The notes under the pieces: model-generated
What the model saw: only the letters and a program-made list of their open reading frames with translations
Database searches by the model: none
Told to the model about the DNA's origin: nothing
Program-made: the position numbers and the translations under genes
From: Actinomycetes bacterium
GTDB taxonomy: Bacteria; Actinomycetota; Coriobacteriia; WRKU01; WQUG01
Assembly: GCA_009785855.1 (NCBI GenBank)
Contig: WQUG01000093.1
Location: 1-39,026 of the forward strand
Length of the DNA stretch: 39,026 nucleotides
Reading direction: 5' to 3'
Shown: piece by piece, positions 36,050 through 39,026 of the stretch
How positions within the stretch are numbered: the stretch's first letter is position 1
Layout: the number at the start of each line of letters is the position of its first letter

Positions 36050-36885
36050 TTCCGCGGCCCTCCCTTCGGATTGACCGGCAGATAGCCGGCCTCGCGCACC
36101 GCGCCCTCCTGGATCGCATCCGAGAGAACGTAGTCGACATAACCCTGCGCCTCAGGACTGAGGTCTTTGCGCACAAGAAAATAAAGCTTGCGCGACAGGG
36201 GATACTTCTCAGACGCGATGTTCGCCGGAGACGGCGTGATGCCGTCGACAGCAAGCGCCCGTACCTGGCCGTTGACGAAGCCTTCAGAGATGTAGCCGAC
36301 CGCGCCTTTGGTACGTCGTATCACTTCACGCACCTGCCCGGTGCCCGGCAGGACCACGGCATCCAGGTTGAACGCCGTATCTCCCATGACGAACTTCGTG
36401 AAGGCGTCGCGGGTCCCCGAGGACTCGTCCCGGTTGACCAGGGTGATCGGCACGTCATCGCCTCCGACCTCTTTCCAGTTCGTGATCTTACCGGCATAGA
36501 TATCACGCAGCTGCGCCAAGGTGAGGTTCCTGACGGGGTTGGCCGGGTTGACCACGACCGCGATCCCGTCATGCGCGATCGGGATGACCTCCAGACCCAG
36601 CTTCTTCTCGTTGTCCTTCAGGTCACGTGAACTCGTACCGATGTCAGCGGTCCTGGTGACCCCGACCGCCTCGATGCCCGCTGAAGATCCGAGCCCGCTC
36701 ACCAGCACCGAGACGCCCGGATGCGCCTTGGCATAGTCCTCGCCGGCGACCTCGGCGATCGGCTCGACCGTCGTCGATCCGCTGACGACGATGTCGGTGC
36801 TCCCCTTCGTGCAGCCGCTGAGACCGAGCGCGCCTGTCAGCATGAGCGCCAGCAGCAGCGCGACCGCAGGACGGACGCTACGCAT
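36046..36885 (-). CDS. pstS: phosphate-binding lipoprotein PstS
   Basis: I prefer the ATG at 36885 (GAGGA lies 9 nt upstream) over 36894. It has signal peptide MRSVRPAVALLLALMLTGALGLSGC with a lipobox, then SGSTTVEPI and GSSAGI motifs of PBP-like-2 phosphate binders. Confidence 0.9.
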   Translation of the reverse strand: MRSVRPAVALLLALMLTGALGLSGCTKGSTDIVVSGSTTVEPIAEVAGEDYAKAHPGVSVLVSGLGSSAGIEAVGVTRTADIGTSSRDLKDNEKKLGLEVIPIAHDGIAVVVNPANPVRNLTLAQLRDIYAGKITNWKEVGGDDVPITLVNRDESSGTRDAFTKFVMGDTAFNLDAVVLPGTGQVREVIRRTKGAVGYISEGFVNGQVRALAVDGITPSPANIASEKYPLSRKLYFLVRKDLSPEAQGYVDYVLSDAIQEGAVREAGYLPVNPKGGPRK

Positions 36886-37699
36886 GGGAGTCATCCTCAG
36901 GCAGCAGGCAGGCGAGCGCCCCCTGGCGCCCCGTTGTGCCGTCCTGCGCGCGATATGAGTAGAAATGCGCCGGATCCTGAGCGGTATCCACGCCCAGGTT
37001 CACGATCCGCTCCGCCGCCACGCCGACGTCGCGCAGCGTCTGTGAGACCGCTGCCCCCAGGTCGAGACGCGCGATGCCGCCAGCACCCGGAGTCTGCTCA
37101 AGGCCGGGGAACTCCGCTGCGAAGCGCGCGGCGAGCTGTGCGTCGACCTCGAAGGACTCAGGGCCGATGTAAGGCCCGAGGTAGGCGACGATGTCTCCAG
37201 GACCTGCCCCATAGGACTCGTGGAGTGCGTCCACCGCAGCCGCCGCTATCCGGGCGAGCGTGCCCTTCCAGCCCGAGTGGACCACCGCGATCGCGCGGCG
37301 CGGACCGGTGGCGACCAGGATGATCCCCACACAGTCAGCGATGCAGACAAGCAAGGGGATGTTCGGCGTCGCCGTGACGAGCGCATCGGCGTTAGCGACG
37401 ACCGGATCTGCAAGCGGCTCATCGACGCGCACGACGTCGGCGCCATGCACCTGGATGCAGGAGTGCAGACGCCCCTGGGTCGCTTCGTCAAGTCCCAGAG
37501 CAGACATGAGCAGGCGACGGTTCTCTGCGACCGCAGCCGGCCCGTCGCCCACCCGATCGCTCAGGTTCAGAGTCGCATACGGGGCAGCGGAGCGTCCGCC
37601 CGTCCGCTCAGAGAAGGCGATGAGGATGCCCTCGGGAAGAAGCTCCCGATCCGAGTGCCAGGTAAGGTTACCCTGAACGAACCGCTGCAGTTCGGGCAC
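36878..37699 (-). CDS. pgeF: YfiH/PgeF (DUF152) family protein (peptidoglycan editing factor / purine nucleoside phosphorylase-like)
   Basis: The GTG start is preceded by GAGAGGGG. Motifs include FSERTGG, QVHGADV, ADCVGI, HSGWKGT and YSYR. Confidence 0.85.
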   Translation of the reverse strand: MPELQRFVQGNLTWHSDRELLPEGILIAFSERTGGRSAAPYATLNLSDRVGDGPAAVAENRRLLMSALGLDEATQGRLHSCIQVHGADVVRVDEPLADPVVANADALVTATPNIPLLVCIADCVGIILVATGPRRAIAVVHSGWKGTLARIAAAAVDALHESYGAGPGDIVAYLGPYIGPESFEVDAQLAARFAAEFPGLEQTPGAGGIARLDLGAAVSQTLRDVGVAAERIVNLGVDTAQDPAHFYSYRAQDGTTGRQGALACLLPEDDSHA

Positions 37700-37733
37700 G
37701 AACGCCCCTCTCTTCAGACATCAAGCGGACCCG

Positions 37734-37763
37734 ATGGCGACGAGGTCGCTCCGTCGTCGCCAT
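37734..37763 (-). other. 10-bp hairpin in the putative 5' leader of pgeF
   Basis: atggcgacga (37734-37743) pairs with tcgtcgccat (37754-37763) around a 10-nt loop. It lies between the candidate promoter and the GTG start. Confidence 0.4.
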
Positions 37764-37790
37764 AGGGCCCAAAACTAGTACGCTGCATCC

Positions 37791-37820
37791 ATTATAAACG
37801 GGCGACCCACTGCATAGCAA
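37791..37820 (-). promoter_or_regulatory. candidate sigma70-type promoter (TTGCTA-18 nt-TATAAT) for the pgeF-pst...divIVA block
   Basis: The minus strand reads TTGCTA at 37820-37815 and TATAAT at 37796-37791. This is immediately after the ubiB-like stop codon (37824). Confidence 0.4.
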
Positions 37821-37823
37821 CAA

Positions 37824-39026
37824 CTAACCTATCAATTCTGCAAGAGCCGCGTCGATCGCCCGTGGCAGACGCGCCCAGAGGCGAGCGGGGCGCAGCATGT
37901 GCGTCAACACCAGCTCCGTCGTGAACTCCTTGGCGGCATCCACGATGTCGATGTCGGAATAGACCATCTGGGCGCAGCCCTCGACGACCACCAGCGCCTT
38001 TATGAGCAGCCCGAATCCCCTGGGCACACTCACCTTCTGCTCGTTCATGATCGAGAGGAAGCCGATGGCGAAGCCCCGCACGTCGCGCGGCGTGTGCGAG
38101 AACGTGCGCCGCATGAGCTCGGCGACCCGAGCGGTGACCGCATCCTGTTGATCCTCGGGCACGACCAGCCCCAGGTCGGCGGAGTAGCTGATGGCGCGCT
38201 TCGCGTCGGCATAGACGGTGGCGGCGAGCACCTGAGCGATCGCCTCCTTGTCCTCGTCGCGCACCTGCCCCATGATGCCGAAGTCGATGTAGCAGATGCG
38301 CCCGTCAGCAGTCAGGAGCAGGTTCGACTGATGCAGGTCCGCATGGAAGCGCCCAAGCACCATGACCTGCTTCATGAACACGTTGGCCCCATACAGCGCA
38401 AGAAAGCGCGCGTCGACGCCGGCTGCTTCAGCCTCGCGCGCATGATCGAGATGCCAGCCCTCGACGAAGCGCATGCACAGTACATGGCGACTTGTCAGTG
38501 GCCAGACGACCTCGGCGGTCGTCACGTAGGGGTCGTCACGGAAGTCGAAGGCGAAGCGATCCGAGGTGCGCCCCTCGATGCGCAGGTCGCACTCCGAGGC
38601 GAGCGAGTCCGCGAACTCTGACAGGAGCTGCGACAGATTGAAGCGCCGCAGCCGCCTGATGCGACCGATTCGGTTCACGAGCGGCGTGATCACCGCGATG
38701 TCAGAGCGGATCGTCTCCTCGCTGCCCGGCCGGATGACCTTGATGGCAAGCGGCGTGCCCGCAGGCATCGGCTCGCCGATGACCGGCGTATAGTCGCGCG
38801 CGAGCGTTGCCCGGTAGACCTGGGCGATCGAGGCCGAGCCGATCGGCTCAGGGTCGAAGTCCGCGAACAACTCCTCAAGCGGCCGGGCGAAGTCGCCCTC
38901 GATGACCGGTCTGATCGCGGAAAACGGCGTCGGGGTGACCGCGTCGCGCAGGTTCTCCATCTCGAAGACATACTGCGGCGCGAACAGATCAGGGCGGATC
39001 GAGATGAGCTGCCCCAGTTTGATGAA
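37824..39026 (-). CDS. ubiB: ABC1/UbiB-family atypical protein kinase (5' end beyond the right edge)
   Basis: The frame is open to the window edge. Translation of 39026-38961 gives FIKLGQLISIRPDLFAPQYVFE, upstream of the track's Met. Further motifs are IGSASIAQVY, AIKVIRPG and FHADLHQSNLL...IDFGIMG (kinase core). Confidence 0.85.
   Translation of the reverse strand, partial: FIKLGQLISIRPDLFAPQYVFEMENLRDAVTPTPFSAIRPVIEGDFARPLEELFADFDPEPIGSASIAQVYRATLARDYTPVIGEPMPAGTPLAIKVIRPGSEETIRSDIAVITPLVNRIGRIRRLRRFNLSQLLSEFADSLASECDLRIEGRTSDRFAFDFRDDPYVTTAEVVWPLTSRHVLCMRFVEGWHLDHAREAEAAGVDARFLALYGANVFMKQVMVLGRFHADLHQSNLLLTADGRICYIDFGIMGQVRDEDKEAIAQVLAATVYADAKRAISYSADLGLVVPEDQQDAVTARVAELMRRTFSHTPRDVRGFAIGFLSIMNEQKVSVPRGFGLLIKALVVVEGCAQMVYSDIDIVDAAKEFTTELVLTHMLRPARLWARLPRAIDAALAELIG

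Noticed and set aside
36895-37010. Pho-box-like word GTTCAC inside the 3' part of pgeF, upstream of pstS
   Set aside because: It is a single hexamer without the 11-nt-spaced direct repeats expected for PhoP/PhoB sites. It is indistinguishable from chance by eye.

Overview
GC-rich, gene-dense chromosomal segment. It looks like core genome of a high-GC Gram-positive bacterium; gene content and order resemble Coriobacteriia/Actinomycetota, but the taxon is inference only. I call 39 protein genes (34 on the minus strand, 5 on the plus strand) and one tRNA. Many genes are joined by 4-nt ATGA/GTGA stop-start overlaps.

Minus-strand blocks:
- rplU-rpmA-obg-proB-proA-nadD::yqeK-rsfS-eamA.
- EF-G2-like, TPR protein, ndk, mreBCD-mrdA-rodA, then a hypothetical protein, a radical SAM protein, a DUF2344-like protein and a short RNase E/G.
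- An LPXTG leucine-rich-repeat surface protein and a 58-aa ferredoxin that is missing from the ORF track.
- ubiB-like kinase, then pgeF-pstSCAB-phoU-yggS-sepF-proC-divIVA.

Plus-strand islands:
- pncA.
- tRNA-Arg(CCG) plus a DAG-kinase-family lipid kinase.
- A RumA/RlmD-like methyltransferase, a gamma-glutamylcysteine ligase and an ATP-grasp ligase.

I saw no rRNA, CRISPR array, transposase or integrase.

Most worth a second look:
- The translationally coupled radical-SAM/DUF2344/RNase-G module, whose function is unknown.
- The two-gene gamma-glutamyl-thiol module.
- An EF-G paralog with substitutions in the G1, G3 and G4 motifs.
- A 28-nt perfect duplication of the tRNA-Arg 3' end, which looks like an att scar.
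- The pst-phoU operon embedded in the pgeF-yggS-sepF-divIVA division cluster.
- A 78-nt three-tier hairpin between convergent genes.

The many long antisense ORFs in the track are high-GC artefacts. All family assignments come from motif reading by eye, not from database searches.
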